Shown here: one piece after another, positions 1 through 8,365 of the stretch
Layout of the letters: every line of letters starts with the position of its first letter
Numbering within the stretch: the first letter of the stretch is position 1
From: an uncultured Coxiellaceae bacterium
GTDB taxonomy: Bacteria; Pseudomonadota; Gammaproteobacteria; Coxiellales; Coxiellaceae
Length of the DNA: 64,000 bases
Assembly (NCBI GenBank): GCA_947084935.1
Contig: CAMTUH010000010.1
Coordinates: forward strand, 4,538 to 68,537
Reading direction: 5' to 3'
Notes under the pieces: generated by a model
What the model saw: the letters and a program-made list of their open reading frames with translations, nothing else
Told to the model about the DNA's origin: nothing
The model's database searches: none
Made by a program: the position numbers and the translations under genes

Positions 1-939
1 CACAGCCTTATCTTTGCAAAGAGTAAAAAACAAAAATCGGCGGCTAAAGACGATAAGGCGCTGGCGCTCGCTAAAGCCAACACACGCAAATCCGTACGCG
101 AACACCGCAGCACCGATCCCACGCAAATTTATTTGCGGGAATTGGGCTATCAAGCGCTGCTGACGGCGAAGGAGGAAGTGCAGTTGGCGCGACGATTGCA
201 CAAAGGTGACAAAGAAGCGCGGAGACGAATGATTGAATGCAATTTGCGATTAGTCGTTAAAATTGCGCGGCATTACGTCAATCGGGGTTTGGCTTTTTTG
301 GATTTGATTGAGGAAGGCAATTTAGGTTTGATGACGGCGGTTGAAAAATTTGATCCGGAGCGGGGTTTTCGCTTTTCCACGTACGCGACGTGGTGGATAC
401 GTCAAACCATCGAGCGCGCGATCATGAATCAAAGCCGAACCGTGCGTTTGCCGATTCACGTGATTAAAGAACTCAATATTTATTTGCGTGCAGCAAAAAA
501 ACTCACGCAACAGTTGGATCATGAGGCGACGCCTGAGGAAGTCGCAAATCTGGTTGATAAGCCCGTTGAGGACATTCGTCGAATCATGAATCTTGCGCCC
601 GATACAACGTCCATCGATACACCAGTTTCCGACGATGGGCAAAAGACGTTAATCGATACCTTGGCTGATGATAATAATATTGATCCAGCACGCTTAATCC
701 AGAATGTGGATCTGCACGGCCATATTGAGCGGTGGCTCAATCAATTGGATGGGCGTTATCGTGAGGTAGTCATCCGTCGGTTCGGCTTACACGATCATGA
801 AAAAGGAACGTTGGAATCCGTCGGAAAGGCCGTAGGTTTGACGCGTGAACGCGTGCGACAAATTCAACTGGATGCGTTGACTCAATTGAAGGATATTCTT
901 TCCACGGAAGGGGTGACCGGGGAAGAAGTTAAGGATTAA
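1..939 (+). CDS. rpoS: RNA polymerase sigma factor RpoS (sigma-38); 5' end may lie outside the window
   Basis: The frame is open from base 1, so the TTG at 133 is only the ORF-track start. Sigma-70 family regions 2-4 are present: [73 protein letters not shown]-terminal [14 protein letters not shown]. Size and motifs fit RpoS rather than RpoD. Confidence 0.9.
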   Translation, partial: HSLIFAKSKKQKSAAKDDKALALAKANTRKSVREHRSTDPTQIYLRELGYQALLTAKEEVQLARRLHKGDKEARRRMIECNLRLVVKIARHYVNRGLAFLDLIEEGNLGLMTAVEKFDPERGFRFSTYATWWIRQTIERAIMNQSRTVRLPIHVIKELNIYLRAAKKLTQQLDHEATPEEVANLVDKPVEDIRRIMNLAPDTTSIDTPVSDDGQKTLIDTLADDNNIDPARLIQNVDLHGHIERWLNQLDGRYREVVIRRFGLHDHEKGTLESVGKAVGLTRERVRQIQLDALTQLKDILSTEGVTGEEVKD

Positions 940-1021
940 AATTTTTTACGGATTGACATCCTTGCCACAATAAGAAACACTCTACGGTTTTGGTGCTACA
1001 ACCGTCGATACTTAGGGCAGA

Positions 1022-1519
1022 ATGATGCACGGAAAGGCATCCCTGAAATACTCTATCCACTGGCTGTTCGAGCAATATAAAAATATTGTTCGACTTTATG
1101 CCCGGAAATACCCCTTTAAAATAATTGATATCGAGCAACACGATGGTGGAGGTGAAACTCAATTTGTCATTAAAATTGAGTATCGAATTTCAACCATAAA
1201 AAAAACTGCCCATGAGTTGGTCGCACACCCGGATTTTTTAGAAGGATTTTCAAGGAGCGATGTCCAAATCATTACTTATCACTTTTTCATCAATAATCAA
1301 AAACCTCAATATGAGTTAATCGGAGAAAAGCGAGCGGTAAACGGCACAGCCCTATTGCTTAAGGATAATAAGTGTTCCGTGACGCACGTCAAAAATGTCT
1401 CTGATTTTAGAGGCATCAAAAAATATATTTCAAAACTGAACCCAAAATCTGCATTTAGAATTGGTTTTTTAATGGGGACAAATTCAAAACGAAAATATCA
1501 TGCTAAAACCTCGCGCTGA
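1022..1519 (+). CDS. hypothetical protein, 165 aa, no recognised domain
   Basis: Only long ORF between rpoS and the next gene. Weak SD. 3' end overlaps the next ORF by 20 nt. No motif recognised. Confidence 0.4.
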   Translation: MMHGKASLKYSIHWLFEQYKNIVRLYARKYPFKIIDIEQHDGGGETQFVIKIEYRISTIKKTAHELVAHPDFLEGFSRSDVQIITYHFFINNQKPQYELIGEKRAVNGTALLLKDNKCSVTHVKNVSDFRGIKKYISKLNPKSAFRIGFLMGTNSKRKYHAKTSR

Positions 1520-2234
1520 ATATATACAATCCAATTATGTGATAGTTTTCGCAATGCTGTATTGTATGGCGCTTGTCATTCCGGTAGTGCTCGCATACCG
1601 ACCAGTGGCATTCGGCTTTTTTTCTGCAATACCTGGCGGCGCTCTTATTTTTCCTTCAACCTATTTATTCGGTGATATTATTAGCGAGGTATACGGCTAT
1701 AAGATAGCGAGGCAAATACTGTGGTGTTCCATTGGCGCGGAAATTTTATTTGCGCTTGGGATAACAGCAGTAATATATTCTCCATTTCCCAAAGGATGGC
1801 AGCAATATCACGAATACGTTGATGTTCTTGGGCATTCTTTACGGTTTGTAATGGCCAGCATCTTAGGGACAACCATAAGCGAATTCGTAAATATCTATAT
1901 TATTAGTAAGTCTAAAATTTATTATAAAGGTAGGCATTTTTGGCTAAGAAGCCTATTTTCAAGTGCGACGGGAGAAATAATTTTAACGATTATCGTTTAC
2001 TCAATCACATTTATGGGTATTTTTTCATTTATGGAAGTTATAAGGCTGATGATAAACGGGTATCTGTACAAGGTTGCTTTTTCAACGATAGGTGTCATTC
2101 CGGTAGTATTAATCACCACTTATCTTAAGAAAAAAGAAAATATAGATGTTTACGATCACAGTACCAATTTTAATCCTTTTATATTCGCATTGGAAAATTC
2201 TCACTTAAAGTCTGCTCCTAAATCGCCTATTTGA
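1500..2234 (+). CDS. yhhQ: queuosine-precursor transporter family membrane protein (YhhQ/COG1738-like)
   Basis: Polytopic membrane protein with the family-typical segment FPSTYLFGDIISEVYGYKIARQILW. About 6 predicted TM helices. Size (244 aa) fits. Confidence 0.65.
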   Translation: MLKPRAEYIQSNYVIVFAMLYCMALVIPVVLAYRPVAFGFFSAIPGGALIFPSTYLFGDIISEVYGYKIARQILWCSIGAEILFALGITAVIYSPFPKGWQQYHEYVDVLGHSLRFVMASILGTTISEFVNIYIISKSKIYYKGRHFWLRSLFSSATGEIILTIIVYSITFMGIFSFMEVIRLMINGYLYKVAFSTIGVIPVVLITTYLKKKENIDVYDHSTNFNPFIFALENSHLKSAPKSPI

Positions 2235-3065
2235 GGAGTCAAGGTTACTTTGATTTGTTGGAAAAAATTTCTGGGCATATATTTCTAATATATTAAACGT
2301 CATAAATACACTACCGTCCTCACCAGCAGGGCTTCGTCTTAAATAGGCCTCGCCAATCGACTCCATATACTCGTCTCTTTTATCTTTTGGCACGCAATTA
2401 ACGTGCGGCAACCAGGATTTTACAAAATTTAGTAAGGTAGCAATGTCGCGAAATTTATATGTAATTGGCTTTGATTGGATGCTGAGTACTTCAAAGCCCG
2501 CTTTAACGAGCAGTTTCTTGTATTGAGTTGGGGTGTAGAAAGTACGGGGATTCACAAAGTCGTTAAAGTACTCAGACCACTGATCGGATGAAACGGACTC
2601 ATCAACGATAGACCACAACGGTTCATGACGCATTCCAAAAGTTAAGATTAATTTTCCAGTGTCTTTAAGAATCGACTGTATTCTCGACAGAGCAAGCAGT
2701 TGCTCTTGTGGACTTAACCAATGTAGCGCATTGGCGGAAAAGACCCAATCCACTCTTTTAGGAAGGGTAAGGTTCTTTGCATCTGCAGTAAAAAACGTAA
2801 TATTTGGATATTGTGCAGCAGGATAGGCTTTTTTCGCAAACTCGATTGCTTTTACAGAAATGTCAAACGCATAAACTTTCCCTACGTATTTGGAAAGATA
2901 AACAGAAATAGCTCCAGTGCCACAACCCATATCAACAAGGATATCATCGGTTTTGAATTGCGCTTGAAATTGATCAATAAGCTCTTGAGCAGTGGCTATT
3001 TGTGGCTGGGAGTGTTCACTATATTCATGTGGGTTATTGCTGCCTCGTTCGGTTCTCATAGTCAC
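2205..3065 (-). CDS. class I SAM-dependent methyltransferase
   Basis: SAM-binding motif I LVDMGCGTGAISVYL followed by the acidic loop VYAFDIS. 286 aa. Start is 4 nt downstream of the stop of the repressor gene, so the two are probably co-transcribed. Confidence 0.75.
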   Translation of the reverse strand: MTMRTERGSNNPHEYSEHSQPQIATAQELIDQFQAQFKTDDILVDMGCGTGAISVYLSKYVGKVYAFDISVKAIEFAKKAYPAAQYPNITFFTADAKNLTLPKRVDWVFSANALHWLSPQEQLLALSRIQSILKDTGKLILTFGMRHEPLWSIVDESVSSDQWSEYFNDFVNPRTFYTPTQYKKLLVKAGFEVLSIQSKPITYKFRDIATLLNFVKSWLPHVNCVPKDKRDEYMESIGEAYLRRSPAGEDGSVFMTFNILEIYAQKFFPTNQSNLDSSNRRFRSRL

Positions 3066-3068
3066 ACC

Positions 3069-3716
3069 TCAGTCGACAAGATTAACAATGGTTTGAACGA
3101 CAACACCAATGATTCTGTCTTTTTCTCCCAGTTGTTGAGATATTTCAGCTTGACCTGGGGTGACAAAAAACCGAATATCATCATCGAAAACAATTTCTTT
3201 TAAATTAACAAATTTTTGACCCTTTAGTGCAACGATAACAAAGTCTCCATTTCCGGGTTCTACTTCGGGATCAACAATAATAATTGATCCCTTTTGAAAT
3301 TGGGGCTCCATGCTGGCTGTATTTATATTTAATGCAAAAGCATGTTTACTTGTAACGTGCTCGGTGAGCACCCGCTTAGCTTCTCTTTTTTTGCTAAAAA
3401 ATTCTTCTGGGTTATAAGCTTCATGCCAATTCAGTGCTGGAACAGAGTTGTCGGTTGCGGTAGCACGGTATTTTCCCAGGTCATCTTCTCTGAGCGGTAT
3501 CTCACCAATTAACTGCCCTACGGGGATAGAAAAAAAATTTGCAATAATACTTAAAGAATCAAGAGTTGGGTTGGGATTCTTTTCTTTTATTAATCTGTTG
3601 ATGACCGATTTGGAAATACCCGTCTTGCGAGAAAGCTCGCGCTCGCTTAATGCCGCTTTGCGCATCAGTAAAGAAAGTATGTTGCCAATTTTGTTTCCCA
3701 ATCCAGTGCCCCCCAA
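3069..3716 (-). CDS. LexA/CI-like repressor (XRE-type HTH plus S24 peptidase domain)
   Basis: N-terminal HTH LSERELSRKTGISKSVINRLIKE. C-terminal S24 signature with the catalytic-Ser context TASMEPQF and a downstream GDFVIVALKGQK segment. Start codon uncertain (TTG at 3716 or 3701). Confidence 0.75.
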   Translation of the reverse strand: MGGTGLGNKIGNILSLLMRKAALSERELSRKTGISKSVINRLIKEKNPNPTLDSLSIIANFFSIPVGQLIGEIPLREDDLGKYRATATDNSVPALNWHEAYNPEEFFSKKREAKRVLTEHVTSKHAFALNINTASMEPQFQKGSIIIVDPEVEPGNGDFVIVALKGQKFVNLKEIVFDDDIRFFVTPGQAEISQQLGEKDRIIGVVVQTIVNLVD

Positions 3717-3723
3717 CGCTGTC

Positions 3724-3779
3724 GGACTTTAAAAAAACCAATTATAGGTATTGACTCTTTTAAAGTCCATCGGTACCAT
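3724..3779 (+). promoter_or_regulatory. sigma-70-like promoter (TTGACT-17-TACCAT) overlapped by an 11-bp perfect inverted repeat; candidate operator
   Basis: GGACTTTAAAA at 3724..3734 and TTTTAAAGTCC at 3758..3768. -35 TTGACT at 3751..3756 and -10 TACCAT at 3774..3779. Lies in the divergent region between the repressor gene and the 110-aa ORF. Confidence 0.4.
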
Positions 3780-3826
3780 TGTTTACAGCCTCTTAGCTTA
3801 TTGGATTTTATTAAGGAGTAACACAA

Positions 3827-4159
3827 ATGTCTCTATCGATTGGAAATACTGTTTCCCCACCCCCCTTTCTGAATAGTGAAGCACTGCAAACTTCCTTGGA
3901 GCCTGATCCCGTCGAGCCAGATTACTACATTCGCAGTCTCGAGCGGTATGGGATTATCTGCTATAAGCAACTTACTGATCCAGCCCAGTGTTTTGTCTTT
4001 GCTTGGCAAATTGCAGAAAATCCTCGGTTATTGGCTCGATTTGACGAGCGCGATCGGCACTTTATTGAGTCTTCGGCAGCGTATGAGCGAAAGGACTCCT
4101 GGTACCGGAAGGCAGGGCTGCAATTACGGCAGCGGGGTTTTGAAGCATTCACGGAATGA
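3827..4159 (+). CDS. conserved hypothetical protein, 110 aa; paralog A of the ORF at 20997..21326
   Basis: Good SD (AAGGAG). Roughly two-thirds amino-acid identity by eye to the second copy (PVEPDYY, GIICYKQ, FAWQI, RFDERDRHFI, ERKDSWY, QLRQ.GFE.FTE). Many differences between the copies are synonymous third-position changes, which indicates real coding sequence. Confidence 0.65.
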   Translation: MSLSIGNTVSPPPFLNSEALQTSLEPDPVEPDYYIRSLERYGIICYKQLTDPAQCFVFAWQIAENPRLLARFDERDRHFIESSAAYERKDSWYRKAGLQLRQRGFEAFTE

Positions 4160-4223
4160 AAGTGTATTTACATTTTATGAATAGAATACTATTATTTGTA
4201 TATACGTCTTTTGGGGGTGTACG

Positions 4224-4472
4224 GTGAAACAAGCAATGAATTTTAGACTCAACAGCCGGACGGTTGCGCGTTTGTCGACGCTCTCTAAAGAGCTGCATTT
4301 GTCGAAGACAGACGTTTTGGAAAAAGCCATTGATTTTTATGCCAAAAAGCAAATGCGTTCACAATCGGATTTAATGAAATTCGCCGGAATTCTCAGCGAA
4401 GAAGACGCGAATAAGATGCAAAGTGCAATCCGAGAATCCAGGCATAATAAAGATGAGGACGTGGAATTGTGA
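4224..4472 (+). CDS. ribbon-helix-helix (CopG/VapB-like) antitoxin
   Basis: N-terminal MNFRLNSRTVARLSTLSKELHLSKTDVLEKAIDFY fits an RHH fold. Overlaps the downstream PIN toxin gene by 4 nt. Start may instead be the ATG at 4236. Confidence 0.7.
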   Translation: MKQAMNFRLNSRTVARLSTLSKELHLSKTDVLEKAIDFYAKKQMRSQSDLMKFAGILSEEDANKMQSAIRESRHNKDEDVEL

Positions 4473-4873
4473 AATACGTCTTGGATACGGATATTTTAAT
4501 TTATTTTTTGAAAGGCAAGGAAAGCGTCGTCACTAAAATAACAGAAATTCCTGTGGAGGATTTAAGCACGACGATCGTTAATCACACCGAATTACTGTTT
4601 GGTGCGCTAAACTCCACGCATAAAAAAGAAAACTTGATTAAGGTTACGGGATTATTGGGTAAATTAGAAATTTTACCCTTTTGTGAAAAGTCTTCTTACC
4701 GATTTGCAGAGAAAAAAGCCGAATTAAAGAAATCGGGAAGAATGCTTGCGGATCTTGATCTCATGATCGCAAGCATTTGTCTCCAAACCAATGCACTGTT
4801 GGTTACCAACAACACAAGGCATTTTGACCGAATTGCGGGCTTAACAGTAGAGAATTGGGCGCATGATGAATAA
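4469..4873 (+). CDS. vapC: PIN-domain toxin VapC
   Basis: PIN acidic residues in YVLDTDILIYFL, ..HTELLFG.., DLDLMIASICL and LLVTNNTRHFDRI. 134 aa. GTG start overlaps the antitoxin stop. Confidence 0.85.
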   Translation: MKYVLDTDILIYFLKGKESVVTKITEIPVEDLSTTIVNHTELLFGALNSTHKKENLIKVTGLLGKLEILPFCEKSSYRFAEKKAELKKSGRMLADLDLMIASICLQTNALLVTNNTRHFDRIAGLTVENWAHDE

Positions 4874-4971
4874 ACTAAATGGACGCTTTTAGGACCAGTC
4901 AGGGTCGCCACGATATAATCATTCGCAAAAATGGCCGGAGTGAGGCTAAGGCCAAGAAGACAAGTGATTAA

Positions 4972-5380
4972 GCAACCATTCTTCTGTAAATTAGCTAGAC
5001 GCTGTTTCAGGAGAGAGTCCCGTGAGTGCTCCCGGCACTCCTCAGCTTGCGCCGCTTCGGCATAACGGGGCCGCGAAATTCGACTTCCTGGTCTCAGATT
5101 CGCTCTCTGGGACATCCCTGTCCCAGAGACCCCGTTATGCCCGCGCGGCTCAGCTTGCGGGTGCTGGAGGAGCCCCCACGGGACTCTCTCCTGAAACAGC
5201 ATCAGCGGGATTTGCTGAATGGGCTGGAGGGGAGGTGTTATGAAACGCAAATAAAGCGCAGTCGGGCGGAGCCCGACGAGCCATTGCGTTTCATAACACC
5301 TCCCCTCCAAGCCCCTTGATGTCTGCTCGCGAAAAATACCTCACCAACAGCTTCAGCGGAATTTACAGAAGAATGGTTGC
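4972..5380. mobile_element. MITE-like nested palindromic element, about 409 bp, GC-rich
   Basis: Perfect 21-bp terminal inverted repeat GCAACCATTCTTCTGTAAATT (4972..4992 / 5360..5380). Internal perfect 24-bp IR (5001..5024 / 5177..5200) and 26-bp IR (5225..5250 / 5284..5309), plus smaller hairpins (5104..5127, 5261..5277). No coding capacity that I trust. Confidence 0.55.
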
Positions 5381-5457
5381 GTAATCATGTAAAACACATT
5401 GTGACGCACGCTGAATACAATAAGCTTTGTAAAAAGTATATGAGAGAAGGAGAGTAG
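5362..5457 (+). pseudogene. higB: 3' relic of a HigB-family toxin gene
   Basis: Translates to ..WLRNHVKHIVTHAEYNKLCKKYMREGE*. This resembles the HigB C-terminus (V.I..I.THAEYD). Its stop is 1 nt before the higA ATG. The frame hits a stop upstream at 5317 and there is no room for the N-terminal half. Confidence 0.45.
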
Positions 5458-5458
5458 T

Positions 5459-5872
5459 ATGGGTTTTGCATTGATAAAAAGAAAAGCGCATTCTTTATTT
5501 GAAGAAGCTCGTTTCATTGGTCATATCAATAATAACGAAGAGTACGAAAAAGCACTTACTTTAATGGATGAGCTCATCGAAGACTATGACTATAATCGCG
5601 TGTTAATTGAGATTCTTTCTGCCAGTATCGAGCGTTGGGAAAATGAGTCTAAAGAATTTAAAGACTTTAATGCGCGCATCGAATCGGTAGATTCAGGACG
5701 AGCCCTGTTAGAAATAATCATGGAGCAATATGAATTGGGCGTGGCTGACTTTCCTGAAGTGGGTTCTAAATCGTTGGTTTCAAAAATTTTAAATAATAAA
5801 CGTCGATTGACCTTAGGTCATATCCAAGCCCTGAGTAAACGATTTGGGATCGACCCCGGATTGTTTCTTTGA
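5459..5872 (+). CDS. higA: HigA-family HTH antitoxin / transcriptional regulator
   Basis: Collinear by eye with E. coli HigA: NEEYEKALTLMDELI, IERWE..SKEFKDFNA, IMEQYELGVADFPEVGSKSLVSKILNNKRRLTLGHIQALSKRFGIDPGLF. Good SD (GGAG). Confidence 0.8.
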   Translation: MGFALIKRKAHSLFEEARFIGHINNNEEYEKALTLMDELIEDYDYNRVLIEILSASIERWENESKEFKDFNARIESVDSGRALLEIIMEQYELGVADFPEVGSKSLVSKILNNKRRLTLGHIQALSKRFGIDPGLFL

Positions 5873-8293
5873 TTTTTCTGGAAGGTGGCCGTTGATGAGG
5901 TTTTTATTATTTGAGGTATCGGTCTTCGACAAGGTTAACCACGTTTTTAGAATAGAATCGGGGCTCAGAGACATGCTGTTGATGCCTTGTTCCAGGAGCC
6001 ATTGAGCAAAATCGATGTGATCCGATGGCCCCTGTCCGCAAATACCCACGTATTTATTCAGTCGCTTGCATGTTTGAATGGTTTGACTCAACAATGCTTT
6101 AACGGCGCTGTTCCGCTCATCGAATAAATGTGCAATTAATTCGGAATCGCGGTCGAGGCCCAGCGCTAATTGAGTCAGATCATTTGAACCAATGGAGAAC
6201 CCATCAAAATATTCCAGAAATTCTTCCGCTAAAATAACGTTGGAAGGGATTTCGCACATCATATAGAATTTCAGGCCATTTCCGCGCTTGAGCCCATGTT
6301 TTTCAGTCAGGGTGAGCAATTGCGTTGCCTCATTGACGGTACGAACAAACGGAAACATAATGTGTGTATTAATCAGTCCTTTTTCTTCACGAACGCGTCT
6401 CACCGCTTCACACTCGAGCGTGAAGCAGTCCCGAAAATTTCCCGAAGTATAACGCGAAGCTCCGCGATAACCGAGCATGGGATTTTCTTCGTGTGCTTCG
6501 TAAATAGCGCCGCCAATTAAATTCGCGTACTCATTCGATTTAAAATCGGAAAATCGTACAATGATGGGCTTGGGATAAAATGCAGCGGCAATGGTCGCAA
6601 TGCCTTCGGCCAGTTTTTCAATGTAAAATTCAATCGGATTTTTGTAGGCCGAAATTATTTTAGCGATTTTATTTTTTAGCGGCGGGGGCAATTTTTTATA
6701 ATCCAAAAGTGCGCGGGGGTGTATGCCGATCATGTTGTTAATAATAAATTCCAATCGCGCGAGTCCAACACCACCGTTGGGAATAAATTGGTAGACAAAT
6801 GCTTGTTCGGGGTTGGCGAGATTCATGCACAATTCGACGGGTAACGCGGGCAGTTGATCAATGGATGTTTTATCGATGCGGTATTTGGCATTACCTTTAT
6901 AAACGTAACCGGTTTCGCCTTCCGCACAGGAAACCGTAATTTTTTGGCCGTCTTTAATTACTCGGGTTGCATTACTGCAACCTACGACCGCAGGAATTCC
7001 CATTTCGCGCGCAATAATTGCCGCATGGCACGTGCGTCCACCCCGATTGGTGATGATGGCTGCGGCGCGTTTCATGATCGGCTCCCAATCGGGGTCCGTC
7101 ATGTCGGTTACTAAAATTTCGCCGGGCTTCAGTCGATCTTTTTGTTTCGGACTTTTAATTAAACGAGCAACGCCGTGCGTGATTTTTTGTCCGATGCTGC
7201 GTCCTTGGGTGAGGATGTGCCCTTTTTCTTCTAAACAATAGTGTTCGAGAACACGATGAGTTTCATTCGATTGTACGGTTTCCGGTCGTGCTTGCAGAAT
7301 ATAAATTTCATTGTCAATGCCGTCTTTCGCCCACTCGATATCCATCGGCTTTCCATAATGGGATTCGATTAACAGCGCTTGATTCGCCAGGACTAAAATG
7401 TCGTCGTCGCTGATACAAAAGCGTTGTTGATCCGCGATGGGAACGGATTGATTGACGGTAGCAGTTTTGTTTTTTTTCGATTTTTTTGCGTAGACAGTTT
7501 TTATCGATTTCGATCCCAGCTTTCGGCTGATGATGGATTTTTTTTCTTCGCGCAACGTGGGTTTGTGAACATAAAATTCATCGGGATTATTCAGACCCTG
7601 AACAATAGTTTCGCCAAGACCGTATGCGGCAGTAATAAAAATCACTTGATCAAATCCCGATTCCGTGTCGAGGGTAAACATCACGCCACTGGCGGCTAAA
7701 TCACTGCGCACCATTTTTTGTATGCCAGCGGAAATAGCCACTTGTGTGTGGTCGAATCCGTTGTGAATGCGGTATGAAATGGCACGTTCGGTAAACAGCG
7801 AAGAGAAAACTTTTTTGATTGCGGTGAGAAGGTCTTTTTCACCGCGGATATTTAAATACGTTTCTTGTTGTCCGGCGAATGAGGCCTGCGGCAAATCTTC
7901 CGCCGTGGCCGATGAGCGAACGGCAACCGACTGGGACGGTTTTAACTGAAGTTGCCGATATGCTCTTTTGATTTCTGAAACGAGTTCGTCTGGCAGCTCG
8001 GCGTTATCAATCCAGCGACGAATGTCCACGCTGGCTTTTTTCAGCTGGGTCATATTATTGATGTCTAACTGGAATAATGCTTTAGAGATTTTTTTATCTA
8101 GGTTATTTTTTTCTAGGAAGTCATAATAAGCGAAGGCGGTGGTAGCGAATCCCCCGGGAACCTTGATCCCCAGAGGGGAGAGCCTGTTGATCATCTCTCC
8201 GAGGGAGGCGTTTTTACCGCCGACGTCGGGGAGGTGCTCTAGGGTAACCTCGCGAAGGTCCAGTATATAAGTCATGTTTTGATCCATTTTCAT
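5813..8293 (-). CDS. ppsA: phosphoenolpyruvate synthase
   Basis: 826 aa. N-terminal GGKNASLGEM, the phosphohistidine swivel segment TNRGGRTCHAAIIAREMGIPAVVG, and the C-terminal PEP-utilising domain GFSIGSNDLTQL. C-terminus is about 35 aa longer than the usual end after ..TWL.L.. Confidence 0.95.
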   Translation of the reverse strand: MKMDQNMTYILDLREVTLEHLPDVGGKNASLGEMINRLSPLGIKVPGGFATTAFAYYDFLEKNNLDKKISKALFQLDINNMTQLKKASVDIRRWIDNAELPDELVSEIKRAYRQLQLKPSQSVAVRSSATAEDLPQASFAGQQETYLNIRGEKDLLTAIKKVFSSLFTERAISYRIHNGFDHTQVAISAGIQKMVRSDLAASGVMFTLDTESGFDQVIFITAAYGLGETIVQGLNNPDEFYVHKPTLREEKKSIISRKLGSKSIKTVYAKKSKKNKTATVNQSVPIADQQRFCISDDDILVLANQALLIESHYGKPMDIEWAKDGIDNEIYILQARPETVQSNETHRVLEHYCLEEKGHILTQGRSIGQKITHGVARLIKSPKQKDRLKPGEILVTDMTDPDWEPIMKRAAAIITNRGGRTCHAAIIAREMGIPAVVGCSNATRVIKDGQKITVSCAEGETGYVYKGNAKYRIDKTSIDQLPALPVELCMNLANPEQAFVYQFIPNGGVGLARLEFIINNMIGIHPRALLDYKKLPPPLKNKIAKIISAYKNPIEFYIEKLAEGIATIAAAFYPKPIIVRFSDFKSNEYANLIGGAIYEAHEENPMLGYRGASRYTSGNFRDCFTLECEAVRRVREEKGLINTHIMFPFVRTVNEATQLLTLTEKHGLKRGNGLKFYMMCEIPSNVILAEEFLEYFDGFSIGSNDLTQLALGLDRDSELIAHLFDERNSAVKALLSQTIQTCKRLNKYVGICGQGPSDHIDFAQWLLEQGINSMSLSPDSILKTWLTLSKTDTSNNKNLINGHLPEKSKKQSGVDPKSFTQGLDMT

Positions 8294-8365
8294 TGAACAA
8301 TAAAACTATAGCAGAGGATTGTTCAAAGATTGATATGATACTTTGGGGTGTTATGACTCAGGCAC

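Noticed and set aside
1440-1500. Searched for a preQ1 riboswitch upstream of the yhhQ-like transporter gene
   Set aside because: No P1 stem plus A-rich tail consistent with preQ1-I/II could be drawn. The region is also covered by the 3' end of the upstream ORF.
4696-5319. ORFs 4696..5310 (minus), 5022..5243 and 5026..5319 (plus)
   Set aside because: They run through the nested palindromic element and mirror each other on opposite strands. Their Pro/Arg/Gly-rich low-complexity translations are typical of GC-rich palindromes. The minus-strand ORF also overlaps vapC antisense.
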